DNA of 64,000 bases from Candidatus Bathyarchaeota archaeon. GTDB taxonomy: Archaea; Thermoproteota; Bathyarchaeia; 40CM-2-53-6. The notes under the pieces were generated by a model. The model had not been told where the DNA came from and made no database searches. It worked only from the letters and a program-made list of their open reading frames with translations. Position numbers and translations under genes: made by a program. Positions within the stretch are counted from its first letter, which is position 1; each line of letters opens with the position of its first letter. This document shows, piece after piece, positions 21,145-33,149 of the stretch. The stretch lies in assembly GCA_963833125.1 (NCBI GenBank), contig CAWHWX010000016.1:320001-384000 (forward strand). The letters run 5' to 3'.

Positions 21145-22345
21145 TCAAGCTGAAAGGCAACTTTCTAGCCATTTGAAAGCGTCTTCCTGCATTTCTACAT
21201 TGAATTTGTGTGGTCCTGGGTAGAATTTGCCTACATAGTTCTTTGGGTGGCCGCTCTTGGAATAAATATCCATGATCTTTTGGTCTGCGTCGCGCTGGCC
21301 TTGGGGAGTGAATAGTTCGTCTTCTTCGTTGTACTCGACCATGAGAGGGGCTGGTGTTCGTATCGCAATTACATCTGGTAGATCTAGTAACTTGAAGAGT
21401 TCTGGAACATACATGAGTAAGCCGTGCCCTGGGGGGCATCGGATGTTGTTGCGAAGTACGCCCCGCATTGTGGTCATGAACCCTACACAGAAAGCGCACC
21501 GGACTCGGGTGTCCAAGCCTGCGAGGAAGATGGTGCGGAGGCCGCCCATCGACAATCCCCCACACCCGATTCGGTTCGCATCTATCTCTGATCGGGTTAG
21601 CAAGTAGTCTATGCTGCGCCTGTCTTCGTATGCAAAGATCGCGGGCCAACTCGTCCCCGAATTCAGAATTGAGTCCACCACGAGAACGCATTCGCTGCTT
21701 GCCCAGAATTCATTGTATTTTCGAATATACTCTTCACTTTCTGGATTCACTCCTTCAAACTTTTTCTGTAACTCCTCGTTCACGGATCCTATCGGGGATT
21801 TTTCGGCTTCCCCAAAGAAAACTGTCAACCGCTAAAACGGCGAACCCTCTCTTCGCTAGTGCGGTTGCCCAGCTCCTGCCACCGTAATACTTGTCTCTGT
21901 ACTCGCTTAACACTCTGGGTTCGTTTGGGAAGCTCGCAAGTTTCTCTTTACCGTAATAGAAGAATTCTCCATGGTCGTGAAGGGCCACGACCGCCGGCAG
22001 CTTGGTTCCAGCCTCTTTCGGGTAGAGAAAGAGGCCGTGGGTCCGAGGGCCATAAGGCATATCGTACGAAATCTCCTCCACAACCACACCGTCTTCATAA
22101 TGGCGAGCTCCGATTGATGGGTTCAATTGAACATTAGGTGGCTCGAACGAGAGTAACTCCAAAGCCTTTGCCCTCGCTTTCGACTTCCAGGTTTCTACAT
22201 CAGGCCACGTTCCTGTTAGAAAAGAGAGGGAAGGCGGTGTTGCAGCTATCGCGTCAAGCATCTCATAGTAAACTCCCATGTCCGGCTTCATCTTTACCAC
22301 AACGCAGGTCTTCATCGGCAGTTCAGATTTAAGAGGCGCGGGCAA
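21145..22345 (-). CDS. Dienelactone hydrolase/acetylxylan esterase-like protein; frameshift near 21800
   Basis: PAVVALHDHG, LAKRGF, GLSMGG, APLMV, PGPH. Confidence 0.8.
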
Positions 22346-22478
22346 CCTCGACCCAGAATCGGCCCGTATTTAATTGGTCTTCATCGATCGTCTCATGCTC
22401 TCGTTCAGGTGGCCGCAAGGTATTTGGAGAGGGATAAGCGCCATCCAGTACTCGAGTTAATTTCGATCCTAGCAGGTT

Positions 22479-23561
22479 TTGTTCATGCGGAAGGACGATC
22501 TCGACACTCCATTCATAGCAGCCGATGTCGACAAGGTCAGGGCTAACATTGAAAGGATGCAGACGCTCGCGACAGGGCATGGTAAGAAACTTCGCCCTCA
22601 CGCCAAGACTCACAAACTTCCACTGGTTGCATTATGGCAAATAGAAGCCGGAGCGATTGGAATCTGCGTGCAAAAAACGGAAGAAGCCGAGGTGATGGTG
22701 AAGCATGGAGTCAAAGATGTCTTCGTTAGCAACGAAGTAATTGGAATGCAGAAGACTGACAGATTGGCGGGGCTAGCCTCGATGGCGAAAATTTCCGTTG
22801 CGGTCGATTCAGAAATGGGCATAACGCAACTCTCTCAGTCAGCTCAGTCGCATGGCGTTGAAATCGGGATCTATGTCGACGTGGATGTTGGAATGCATAG
22901 ATGCGGTGCTGACCCAGGAAAGGCTGGAACGCTGGCTGACTTGGCCTTGAAATCTCCGAACTTGTATTTCGTGGGCGTCATGGGTTATGACGGACACAGT
23001 TTCAAACCTCTAGGAAACGCTGAACGCAGTAAGATTGTGGTGGAATCCAGCAAGCTCGTTCAGAAGGCAGTAGATGAGATTAGGAGGAAGGGTATAGACG
23101 TGGAGGTTATTTCAGTCGGGGGAACACCCTCGACGCCGATCTGGGCTGAAATGAACGAAGTGACCGAGCTACAGCCCGGTGCTTATGTCTACAATGATGC
23201 TATGCAGTATGAGCGAGGGGTTCCAAAATCTGATTGTGCCGTTACTCTCATCGGAACTGTAATGAGCAAACCGTCAAGCGAGCAAGCGGTTGTTGATGCC
23301 GGGTCTAAGAGTTTCTCGCTTGATCAAGGTAGATTTCCCATTCCACTCAAGGACATGAACGCTGAAGTTGTAGGTCTATCAGAGGAGCATGCAGTGCTCA
23401 GGTCCAAAAGCGGTGAGATAAGCGCAGAACTCGGTCAGAAGCTTGAGTTCATTCCATATCACATATGCCCCTTCATCGACCTTTGGGATAGAATCCACTT
23501 TTGTCGCGGCGACGAAATAACGTCGACCCTTAGTATTGATGCAAGAGGAGCCAGAACCTAG
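22479..23561 (+). CDS. PLP-dependent D-threonine aldolase/DSD1-family enzyme
   Basis: LDTP, LRPHAKTHK, MHRCG, YDGH, GGTP, DAGSK, SEEH, PYHICP. Confidence 0.9.
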   Translation: MFMRKDDLDTPFIAADVDKVRANIERMQTLATGHGKKLRPHAKTHKLPLVALWQIEAGAIGICVQKTEEAEVMVKHGVKDVFVSNEVIGMQKTDRLAGLASMAKISVAVDSEMGITQLSQSAQSHGVEIGIYVDVDVGMHRCGADPGKAGTLADLALKSPNLYFVGVMGYDGHSFKPLGNAERSKIVVESSKLVQKAVDEIRRKGIDVEVISVGGTPSTPIWAEMNEVTELQPGAYVYNDAMQYERGVPKSDCAVTLIGTVMSKPSSEQAVVDAGSKSFSLDQGRFPIPLKDMNAEVVGLSEEHAVLRSKSGEISAELGQKLEFIPYHICPFIDLWDRIHFCRGDEITSTLSIDARGART

Positions 23562-23708
23562 AACCTATCTTCCCTCCAAACTTCTTAACGTCCACTGGTC
23601 TGCGTTCGCGGGTACTGACGAAAAGTTAAGGCATACGAAACTGTTGGGACGGAGAAAAATCGGGAGACAGTACGACCAGTTGAGTGGCCGTACTGCTTCG
23701 TATTCGGG

Positions 23709-25611
23709 TTACGCGTTCGGGCCGAAAGTTACTGTGTTGAAGATTGGCTCCGTGGCTTGACCTGTCCAGACTGGGTCTACGAGAAAGCCAGATACGACTC
23801 CTGTCTTCCAGACGATGGAGCCTCCCCAAGGCAGCCAGAGACCGAATGTGCCTAGCCACGCGTATGGAGCGTCTTGGTAGATTTGACTCTGGGCGGCCGC
23901 CACTAGTGACTGTAGGTAGGCTGGGTTGGAACTGTTGGTGAAGAAGGCGTTCACTGCTTTCTGTACGGTTGGGTTGTAGTATGCTGCGTAGTTGCCCCAA
24001 GCCGATTGGTTGCTGACGAAGGTGACCCAGTAGTCTGTTGGAGTAACCGTTGCCGGACCCCAACCAAACCCAGAGTTCACGTATTCAAGTTGACCAAGCT
24101 GCGCGGCGTTCGCAACATTAGTCTGGTATGTTCCCAACTCGGTGTTGTACAAGCTTGGTTGTATTACTGCAATGTTAACGTTGATCCCTATCATTGCTAG
24201 ATCCGATTGAATGACTTGCGCTGCGTTAATGCAGAGTGGGCACCCACTTTGCACCCTGAGTAGAAACGTGGGCATGTTTGTGATGTGGGCTTCAGCTAGA
24301 AGTTGGTTAGCTAGGGTTAGGTTGTATTGGTATGGTGCGAAATTGCCTAGATCGTAGTAATCCTTCCACCATGGGTATTCAGGGCCCACGTAGGAAGAGA
24401 GTTCTCCTCCGTACGCTTTCACTGCAATGTCAGTGTAGTTAAGAGCGTGCACTATCGCCTGCCTCACCAGTGTGATGTCTGTGGGATACTCGTGAGTGTT
24501 CAGACCCACCAACGCAACTTCTCCGCTCCAGGATGGGGGATTGAAGTAGGAATATGTCTGCGGGTTCTGAGATACCAGATTCCAGTCTGGTGTTTCTATG
24601 TCTGCGATTTGAGCAGCTCCAGTGGATAAGTCCGTGTATCTTGCAACGTCATCTGGTTTGTAGTCGACAATCACGGTTCGTGCGTGTCCAGGGTCGAATA
24701 GGGGTTGCTGAGCGATCTGGTCAGCGGTCATGTTCGCGCCCCAATACGTAGGGTTCTGGGCGAACTTAATGTAGGAGTTCTCTGACAGCCCGGTGACTAC
24801 GTATGGGCCTGTTCCTGGAATCGGATGTTGGTTGAAGTATGAGTTGAATGCGGTTGGTGTCCCAAAGCCGCCGTTCTGGAGAACCCACTGCGTATCATAG
24901 AGTAGTCCCTCGTAGACTACGAGTGTTCCTGGGAACCAGACGAACGGTGCGATTAGCCGGAAAACGATTGTATTTTGATCAGTAACGTAAATGGGCCAAG
25001 CGCTGTTCATCATTAGGTTGAGCAGGTCTTGTGAGGGGTTGATGAGGCCGCTCTGTGTCATTAGGGCGATTGTTGCGGGGCCGAAGTTCACATTCGACAT
25101 ATCCATAAGGTGGTAGGATTCTAGCCACGCTGTGCTGTTTCCGGAGAGGTAGTAGAATCCATACATCTCCGCCCATACCTGGTAGGCGTTGAGTGGATCC
25201 CCGTTCGAGAATTTTACGTTCTGTTTCAAATTGAAGGTGTAGGTCGTCCCGTCGGGGGAAACCGTCCAAGTTGCTAGGCCTGGTAAGAACTGGACGGTAC
25301 CTTGCTGGTATTCCGGCGGTCATATTCACATTAACTAATGCTTGGTATACTGTGAATGCTAAGGTGTTTGGCCACGGGATCTCACTGACAGCATAAAGCT
25401 CATTGAGGTCGCTTAATGGCCAATACGCGGCAGACATGGTGAGCGTGTCAATGATCTTTGATCCGCCTTGAGCTGAGGTGGTTGACATCTGAGCGGGTTG
25501 AGTGGGCTGCATTGAAGTGTAAACTCCACCTGCGACTATTGCAAGGACGATAACTCCGATGATTACGACGGTCTGTACCCGGGTTATTGCTATCTTCGTA
25601 AAATTTGACAT
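23709..25611 (-). CDS. oppA: ABC substrate-binding protein, family 5; frameshift near 25320
   Basis: N-terminal TM, VKFSNGDPLNA, GTGPY, VRQAIVHA. Confidence 0.85.
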
Positions 25612-25749
25612 ACAAGTGGGTTGGCTTAGATGTATTTAACATCTTGTCAGAGGGGAATCAGGGCATATATACAACACATACCAGCTGATGGCAAATTGTT
25701 GGGTGGATAGAAAACTTCGTGAGTATTTTCAGAGTCGCAAAACGTGCGG

Positions 25750-26742
25750 TTACATAGTTTTCTCAATGAAGTGGCATGCAGCCAGTCGTCCTGGAGAGAT
25801 TTCTCTGAGCTTCGGTCGTTCCTGAGAACAGATAGATTCGGCATAGGGGCAGCGTGGGTGAAACTTGCAGCCGCTGGGAGGATCAATTGCGCTTGGTACT
25901 TCGCCTCTAATGTCGACTTGGAGCAAATTTCTCTTCCAAGGGTTGGCGATTGGCGCTGAGGAGATTAAGGCGATCGTATATGGGTGCCGTGGTTTAGCCA
26001 TCATCTCTTCCGTTTGGCCGTACTCGACGACGTCGCCTGAATACATAACTAGCATGAAGTCTGAGAGGTACTCTGATACGGCGATGTTGTGCGTTATTAG
26101 CATGTAGGATAGGGAATATTCTTTCTGAAGTTCTAGGAGCAACCGCAGTATCTGCGCTTGGACAGATGCGTCAAGCGCGCTTGTGGGCTCGTCGAGAATT
26201 ACAAGTTTCGGTTGCGGTCCAATCGCGCGGGCTATCGCGACACGCTGTTTCTGTCCTCCGCTAAGTTGACCGGGCAATCGCTCTGCAACGTCGTGAGAGA
26301 GGCCCACGACTTCTAGACTCTTCTTGATCGCTCTGTCGACCTCCTCTTTACTCCATTTCATTAAACCGAACAGTGGTTCTCCAATTGAGGCGCCCACCGT
26401 GATGTTCGGATCTAAGGATGATTCAGGATCCTGGAAGACGATCTGCAAATCCCTGTATACAACACGGGTCTCCGTTTTACCGTTAACTATGCTTTTTCCG
26501 TTGAAGATTACGTCTCCGCTCGTCGGCTTGGTGAGGAGTGCGATCGTTCGTGCCAGAGTCGTCTTACCACATCCTGATTCTCCCACGACTGCTAGCGTTG
26601 TTCCCTTCCATAGGGTCATGTTGACTCCGTCAACGGCTTTGACGAATTTCTTAGCCTTTGAGAATGGGTTGATTCCACGTTGAACCGGGAAATATTTCTT
26701 TAATTCAACTGTTTCAAGTATTGCTTCCATTTGCCTCACCAT
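25750..26742 (-). CDS. oppF: Oligopeptide-type ABC ATPase
   Basis: GESGCGKT, LSGGQKQR, DEPTSALD, GCKFHPRC. Confidence 0.9.
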   Translation of the reverse strand: MVRQMEAILETVELKKYFPVQRGINPFSKAKKFVKAVDGVNMTLWKGTTLAVVGESGCGKTTLARTIALLTKPTSGDVIFNGKSIVNGKTETRVVYRDLQIVFQDPESSLDPNITVGASIGEPLFGLMKWSKEEVDRAIKKSLEVVGLSHDVAERLPGQLSGGQKQRVAIARAIGPQPKLVILDEPTSALDASVQAQILRLLLELQKEYSLSYMLITHNIAVSEYLSDFMLVMYSGDVVEYGQTEEMMAKPRHPYTIALISSAPIANPWKRNLLQVDIRGEVPSAIDPPSGCKFHPRCPYAESICSQERPKLREISPGRLAACHFIEKTM

Positions 26743-27797
26743 GTAGATAACATGCCACTCTATGGTCCGCTTCGACCTCGATCAGTTGCGGTTTCTTCTC
26801 CGAGCAAGATTTCATTGCGTAAGTGCACCGGCTTTCATACTTACATCCAATTATGGGGGTTCTGAGGTCGGGCACAGATCCGTGGAATCGGTTTGAGTAC
26901 GATCTTGCGTTTTGACCCTGTAGGTAGACAGGAGAGAAGCCCCTGAGTGTATGGGTGTAGTGGTTTGGAGAAGAGATCGTAGACGTTAGATGTTTCTACA
27001 ATGTCGCCGGCATACATGACTGCGACTCTGTCAGCTACTTGGCAGGCGACCGCTAGGTCATGGGTTATGAGCAGTATGCTGGTTTTGACTTTGTCCATTA
27101 GCTCCTTCATGAGCTTGAGGACCTGCGCTTGGGTCGTGACATCTAGCGCAGTGGTCGGCTCGTCTGCGATAAGTAACGCGGGCTCCTGTGAGAGAGCCAT
27201 TGCTATCATGACTCTTTGTCTCATTCCTCCAGAGAGCTCGAATGGATATCGATCGATCATTTGATCAGGATCAGGGATCCTCACAAGTTTGAGTGCGGCA
27301 ATTGCCTCTTCTTTTGTCTCTGCATTGATTTTCCGTTTGGTAATGGAATGCTTTGAGGCTCTAGGTGGGACGATCTTGTGTGTTTTCTGCATTATTTCGG
27401 AATCTACCGTGGAATGCCCTTCTTCCCGCATCTTCTTGATTGTGATTGCTTCAGCGATTTGGTCTCCGATCTTGTAAACCGGGTTGAGGCTGCTGAGGGG
27501 CTCCTGGAAGATCATTGCGATTTGTGTTCCCCGGTATTCTCTCATACGTGTGGGTCCAAGTTGAACGAGATCGGTTCCCTTGAATTCAATCGCCCCGTTC
27601 TGCACGCGTGCAGGTGGGATTGGGAGTAAGCCTATCATCGCTAGCGCTAAGGTAGATTTCCCGCACCCTGACTCTCCCACGACTCCGAGCAATTCGTTTT
27701 CTTTAATGTCGAGACTTACTTTGTCGAGTGCTGTGACTGCGCCTCCTCTTGACTCATAGTTGACTGTCAAGTCTCGTACGGTTATCAGGGGAGCCAT
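26714..27797 (-). CDS. oppD: Oligopeptide-type ABC ATPase; frameshifts near C-terminus
   Basis: GESGCGKS, LSGGMRQR, ADEPTTALD, HPYT. Confidence 0.88.
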
Positions 27798-27798
27798 T

Positions 27799-28677
27799 TC
27801 ATCTGGCCTCAAGAGCGTCGCGTATACCGTCTCCAAGCAAACTGAACCCAATCACGCCCAAAGCAATAACGAATCCAGGAATGACGGGCAGCCAAGGCGC
27901 CGTAATCAGATAATCCTGATAGGAACTCACCATCTCTCCCCAGTCGGGTTGAGGTGGCCTAACTGAGAGGCCAAGGTAGCTTAACCCTGAATAGACCAGT
28001 ATGACGGTTCCAATGTCAAGTGTTGCATAGACTAGCATAGTCACTAGAATACTTCGGAATACGTGCTTGAACAGTATCTTCGCCGTTCCCATCCCTGATA
28101 GTCTGGCTGCCTCGATGTAATTTTGATGAGCAACTCTAAGCGCTTCTCCTCGTGCCAGCCTCGCATATGGCGGCCACCAGATTATCATCAGGGCGAACCA
28201 TCATGTTCGTCACTCCTGGGCCCAGGGTTACTCCGATTGCCAATGCGAGAACGAGCGCGGGTAGTGCGAAGATCACGTCCGTGAATCTCATCAATGCCTC
28301 ATCTAGAAGACCGCCGCGGAATGCTGCTACTGATCCTATGATTGCTCCAGCCGCCAATGCAACGCCTACGACCGCGAGACTGACAGACACGTCATTCGGT
28401 GTGGCTACTATGATGCGGCTTAGCAAGTCACGCCCTTGAATGTCCGTGCCCATGAGATGTAGAATAGATGGTGGAGCCAGGGCTGGGCCAACATTCTGTT
28501 GGATAGGATCGTATGGGGTAATTCTAACTCCTAGTAGGCCTGCTACTGTAACTACGGCGGCGATGATTAGAAACCCTAACGCGATTATGCCTCCGATCAA
28601 CGCCTCTTTGCTCCTTCTGAACAATTGGAGCAGGCCGAGAATTCTGCGCCGGACAGTTGGGTTCAGAAGTGATTCAT
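27799..28677 (-). CDS. oppC: ABC permease; frameshifted
   Basis: HLMGTD..GRD, WWPPYARLARG, YIEAA, GDGIRD. Confidence 0.85.
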
Positions 28678-29697
28678 CCTAATCTTACTTGGGGATCGAC
28701 GACTGCATATAGGATGTCGGCAATGAGATTCGAGGCTACTATGACGACTGCGAAAACTATTGTGACTCCCAAGATTCCAGGGTAGTCTTCTGCTGATAAT
28801 GCGGTTACGAGGTATTGTCCCATGCCCGGGTAACCAAAGATGTTCTCTACGAATATCGTTCCCGTTATTAGCCAAGTGACCATCAGGGAGGAGATCGTTA
28901 CTACTGAAATCATCGCGTTCCTGAGTGCATGCTTGAAGAATACAGTATGCTCATCGAGACCTTTCGCCCTAGCCGTACGAATATAGTTTGAGTGCATTAC
29001 GTCAAGCATTGAACTCCTCAAAACCCTGGTGAGAACTCCAAAGGTGACCAGCGCGAGCGAAACGCTGGGTAGGATAACATGCTGCAAGGAACTGAGAAAA
29101 TATGGTCCGTTGCCCTCGATTGCAGCATCTACCATCGGAACCCCAGTGATGGCAGTCGGAGGTGTTAGTGAAATATCGAATGCGCCTCCGCTGGGCAGAA
29201 CGCAGGAACGTGAAGGCGAATACAATGAGAAGGATCAACGCAATGAAGAATGGTGGAGAGGAGTAGCCCCCGAGGTAGAAAGCCCGAATACAAGTGTCCA
29301 AGGGCTTATGTTGGTATTGAGCCGCCAAAACCCCCAGCCCAACCCCAAGAGCGACTGAAATTACGAAGGCGAAGAACGCTATCTGTAAAGTGAACGGGAG
29401 GGTTATCGAAATCACTTCAGCAACCGGTTGGAAGCCACGTGACGGCGAAAAACCCAGATTTCCCTGGATCAGATTCAGTATATAATAGTAGTATTGAACT
29501 GGGATTGGATCGTTGAGATGATATTTCTTGGCGTAGAGGGCGGCAAGCTCAGGATGAATGCTCGCGCTCTTTCCGAGCCATGCAACGACCGTATTGCCGC
29601 CTAGACTACGTGACAAAACAAATGTGACGGTTATGACCGCTACTAGCACCAGGGCCCCGAAGAGAAGTCTGCGCAGGATATAGCGAAACGGATTCAC
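28674..29697 (-). CDS. oppB: ABC permease; frameshift near 29205
   Basis: YILRRL, GNLGFS, YIRTARAKGL, DPQVR. Confidence 0.87.
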
Positions 29698-30017
29698 ACA
29701 TCTCGCTTCCTAAGCTAAGCGTCTTCAGAAGGTAGAATGAAGGTAACCATCACTATTTGTCGCTTTGCCCATTCTATCATGATTGGGCGAAACAGTATTT
29801 ATTCTGCCGAAATCTCGGGTAATTGAGGCAGGCGCAAATTGTTTCACATCCGCAAGTCCGCAAGCCTGCCTTTCCTTTCAGGACCCCTTCGTAAGTGTGT
29901 GGTTCAGAGCGTTAGGTCAAATCTAGTCTCGTATACCGATCAATCATCCATTTGCCTTATAAATCGCCCAAACTTATCCGACCATGTTCGGCAGTCGGGA
30001 CAACTTCTCAGACGTGA

Positions 30018-31328
30018 ATGACAGTGCGCTCTGCCCTCTCCGCTTTCGTCATCATCGTCACGATCACAGCGTTGGCTATTCCATCGGCCAGGATCTCTTC
30101 CGCATCAGGAGCATCGATTGCTGATTCAAGCTATGTACTGGTGGGTGGGCAGAATGGCACTTGGTTCGTAGACGGTCAGGCACCGCGGTTGGAGCGAATC
30201 GGCCTCTCCAACGACTCAATGGCATCGCTTGCCCCGGTTCAAAGCGAAGGAACTGTGTGGAGCGGTGGATGGAATGGGTCCCAATGGTTAGTGTCGGGTT
30301 GGGGGGACGATGATGGCCCGAACGGATCGAATCCCTACATTTACCTTTACAACGGGATGAACCAAGTGCCGGCGGGATCCCTGGACCTATACCAAGCAGA
30401 ATCGACATGGCATGGTGGTGATGTATTCGCAACTAGTTACAACGGCAAAGAATGGCTATTATCGGGATTAGGCTCAGGCGTCTTGCCGTCGTTCAGCAGC
30501 CTAGAACAGAACCACATGTCGCTCGCACTTTTCGACGGTTACGATTTCACGGATCTCTCCGCGCTAGTTCCAAGGCAACGCGACGCGATCCTGTACACGA
30601 ATGCTTGGAATGGTCGATATTGGTTGGTCGGAGGAGGATTCGATGATGATGGTATTCTGCTTTCTTTCGATGGCACGAACCTAGTGGACCTAACGGGCTT
30701 AATCGCTCAATCCGTCTTCAATTTTGGATCTGTCCAGGCGGTTGCTTGGAATGGATATTACTGGCTCGTTGGAGGGCAGAACTTTCTGGCAGCGTATGAC
30801 GGTAACAAATTCACCGACCTCACCTACAGACTTGATTCAGCCCTGAAGTTAAACAGCGCCTGCTGCACCACAGTTAATGCAATTGCTTGGAACGGGGCAG
30901 AATGGATGATTGGTGGAGGTGCCCCTATAGCGCAAACTTCTTCCGACAGCCAAGCGTGGCTTGTCACCTACTCACCGCCAAACTTCGTAGACCTCACACA
31001 AGAAATCCGGCCCCACGCTACAGACTTGATCCCAGACTCCAGCATACTAGCGATAACGGCCACACAAAGTTTGTGGATAATCGGCGGATACTCCAACAAC
31101 CACGGATCCCTCTACGAATATTTCGGAAAATCCTTTACGAATCTTTCAGAACTCGTCAGCAATTATACCTACGTGAATTGGGTGGGCGCAGGCGCTACAC
31201 AAAACAACGTTCAGATAGCTCCAACAACCTACAACCCCATATTTCCAGACTTGAAAGCGCTAACAAGCCAATCGATTCAGCATGTTCGTGAAACTCTGCA
31301 AGCGATCGAGGTTTACCGTTTCGACTAG
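30018..31328 (+). CDS. Secreted repeat protein, probable beta-propeller
   Basis: Signal peptide; about 6 repeats of WNGxxWLVGG...YDGxxFTDL. Confidence 0.65.
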   Translation: MTVRSALSAFVIIVTITALAIPSARISSASGASIADSSYVLVGGQNGTWFVDGQAPRLERIGLSNDSMASLAPVQSEGTVWSGGWNGSQWLVSGWGDDDGPNGSNPYIYLYNGMNQVPAGSLDLYQAESTWHGGDVFATSYNGKEWLLSGLGSGVLPSFSSLEQNHMSLALFDGYDFTDLSALVPRQRDAILYTNAWNGRYWLVGGGFDDDGILLSFDGTNLVDLTGLIAQSVFNFGSVQAVAWNGYYWLVGGQNFLAAYDGNKFTDLTYRLDSALKLNSACCTTVNAIAWNGAEWMIGGGAPIAQTSSDSQAWLVTYSPPNFVDLTQEIRPHATDLIPDSSILAITATQSLWIIGGYSNNHGSLYEYFGKSFTNLSELVSNYTYVNWVGAGATQNNVQIAPTTYNPIFPDLKALTSQSIQHVRETLQAIEVYRFD

Positions 31329-31356
31329 ATGTTCCTCGGATCAGGTTCATTATCGT

Positions 31357-31935
31357 TCAGCATAGTCTAAGGCTGTGGAGTATGTTCTTGGTGTCTACGA
31401 CTGTGGCGAATTCCTTGTCCAGGCTAGCTAGGTTCACCGCGTGAATTTCTTCAGCTTTGTAGAGTTTCCCGTCTGGTCCTGCGCGGTCGAATGTAGCAGT
31501 CGCGTCGGAAACTACGTAGACATCGAAGCCCATGTTCCCGCCCATCCGCGCTGTCGTTGAGACACAATGATCGGTTGTTATTCCAACGACTACGAGTGTT
31601 TCAATGTTTTTCCGCTTCAATTGGGACTCAAGATCTGTTCCGATGAAAGCGCTATTCACGGTCTTCGTAACGATCGGTTCTCCATTCAAAGGGGCAATAA
31701 TTTCTTTGATTCTATTTCCCGGCGTACCCGGCCTAAGTGGAGAACCTGCCACTTGAGAGCAGTGTTGGATGTAGAATACCGGCATACGTGATTTCCTCCA
31801 CGCTTCCAGTAACCTCTGGATGTTCAATTCCGCTTGAGGGTTGTTCCTTCTTCCCCACTGAGGAGCGTCAAACCCGTTTTGCACTTCGACAATAATGAGT
31901 GCAGCATTCGAAGGAAGCTGAACCATTGAAAACAC
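31357..31935 (-). CDS. Isochorismatase-family cysteine hydrolase
   Basis: KTVNSAF, GITTDHCVSTTAR, SDATA. Confidence 0.9.
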   Translation of the reverse strand: MFSMVQLPSNAALIIVEVQNGFDAPQWGRRNNPQAELNIQRLLEAWRKSRMPVFYIQHCSQVAGSPLRPGTPGNRIKEIIAPLNGEPIVTKTVNSAFIGTDLESQLKRKNIETLVVVGITTDHCVSTTARMGGNMGFDVYVVSDATATFDRAGPDGKLYKAEEIHAVNLASLDKEFATVVDTKNILHSLRLC

Positions 31936-31962
31936 CCACCCATTGCTCCGGTGAGCGTCAGA

Positions 31963-32337
31963 TTAAGAGGCTCTCTGTACAGGGGTGAGTTCGATGATTT
32001 TTGAGAGTGAGAACCAATCCTCTATTGTGGCCTCCGGCGCCGGACCGTAGTATTTCTCGTAAAGCGAGCTTTGGCCAGCCTTGACTCCAGTACCCTCATC
32101 GAGTATCGATGCATGAGCCTCTATGTTCACACTCCCAACCCTCAGATAGACTCGCTTGTTACTAGTTATGTTTCGCATCCAGTCTGTAGTCGCGCCTTCA
32201 TGACTGAGGTAAATCTTGCCGTTTGCAATTGCGAACCATAACTCAACTGTATGCGATTTTCCAGACTTTCTACCCACCGTAGTCAGGTAAGCGAGTTTTT
32301 CCTTTTTGAGTGGTTCCAACCTTGTCACCTTGTTCAA
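31963..32337 (-). CDS. Deazaflavin (F420)-dependent nitroreductase-like split-barrel protein
   Basis: LTTVGRKSGK..LWF, DWMRN. Confidence 0.8.
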   Translation of the reverse strand: MNKVTRLEPLKKEKLAYLTTVGRKSGKSHTVELWFAIANGKIYLSHEGATTDWMRNITSNKRVYLRVGSVNIEAHASILDEGTGVKAGQSSLYEKYYGPAPEATIEDWFSLSKIIELTPVQRAS

Positions 32338-32430
32338 TTGTTAGATTCGTTCAGGGCTAAAAGCACGAGCCAATCGCGAGGATAGTCAATAAATATACTT
32401 CAACATGGATGTCTTCTTGAGGATGATGGG

Positions 32431-33082
32431 TTGAAGGTTGGAATTTTGGGCACTGGCATGGTTGGAGCAACTCTTGGCACCAAACTCGTTCAGGTAGGGC
32501 ACGAGGTAAGAATGGGATCTCGTTCGGCCAACAACGAGAAAGCTGCAGAGTGGGTTAAGGCAAACGGGGCAAAGGCCTCCCAAGGGACATTCGACGACGC
32601 GGCGAGCTTCGGTGAAGTTGTCTTCAACTGCACCGCCGGAACAGCATCATTAGCCGCTCTAACCGCGGCGGGCGCAAAGAACCTCAAGGGTAAAGTTCTG
32701 ATCGATGTTGCGAACCCACTTGACTTTTCGAAAGGAATGCCCCCAACCCTATCGGTATGCAATACAGATTCACTAGGCGAGCAGATACAGCGTGTCCTTC
32801 CCCAACGTTAAGGTTGTGAAGGCGCTGAACACAATGAACTGTGTGTTGATGGTTGAGCCATCCCTTGTCCCTGGCGAACACGACGTGTTTGTCTGCGGAA
32901 ATGACGCCCAAGCCAAGGATAGAGTGAAGGAGATTCTGAAATCGTTTGGGTGGAAATCAATAATCGACTTGGGCGACATAACTGCGGCGAGAGGAACCGA
33001 GATGGTGCTCCCCTTGTGGCTAAGGCTTATGGGTCTCTTTCAAAGTCCGAATTTCAACTTCAAGATTGCCCGGAAGTCTTAG
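32431..33082 (+). CDS. F420H2:NADP+ oxidoreductase-like protein; frameshift near 32795
   Basis: GILGTGMVG, IDVANP, SLGEQIQ, VVKALNT, DLGDI..ARGTE. Confidence 0.85.
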
Positions 33083-33149
33083 ACACAGTCAGCCGTAGAT
33101 GGGTCTAAAGTTTCATTAGCACGTAGACGCTCGATTACAATGATGTCGT

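Noticed and set aside
29827-29870. Inverted repeat AGGCAGGC...GCCTGCCT between divergent genes
   Set aside because: 8-bp arms only, no recognisable RNA family, may be chance.
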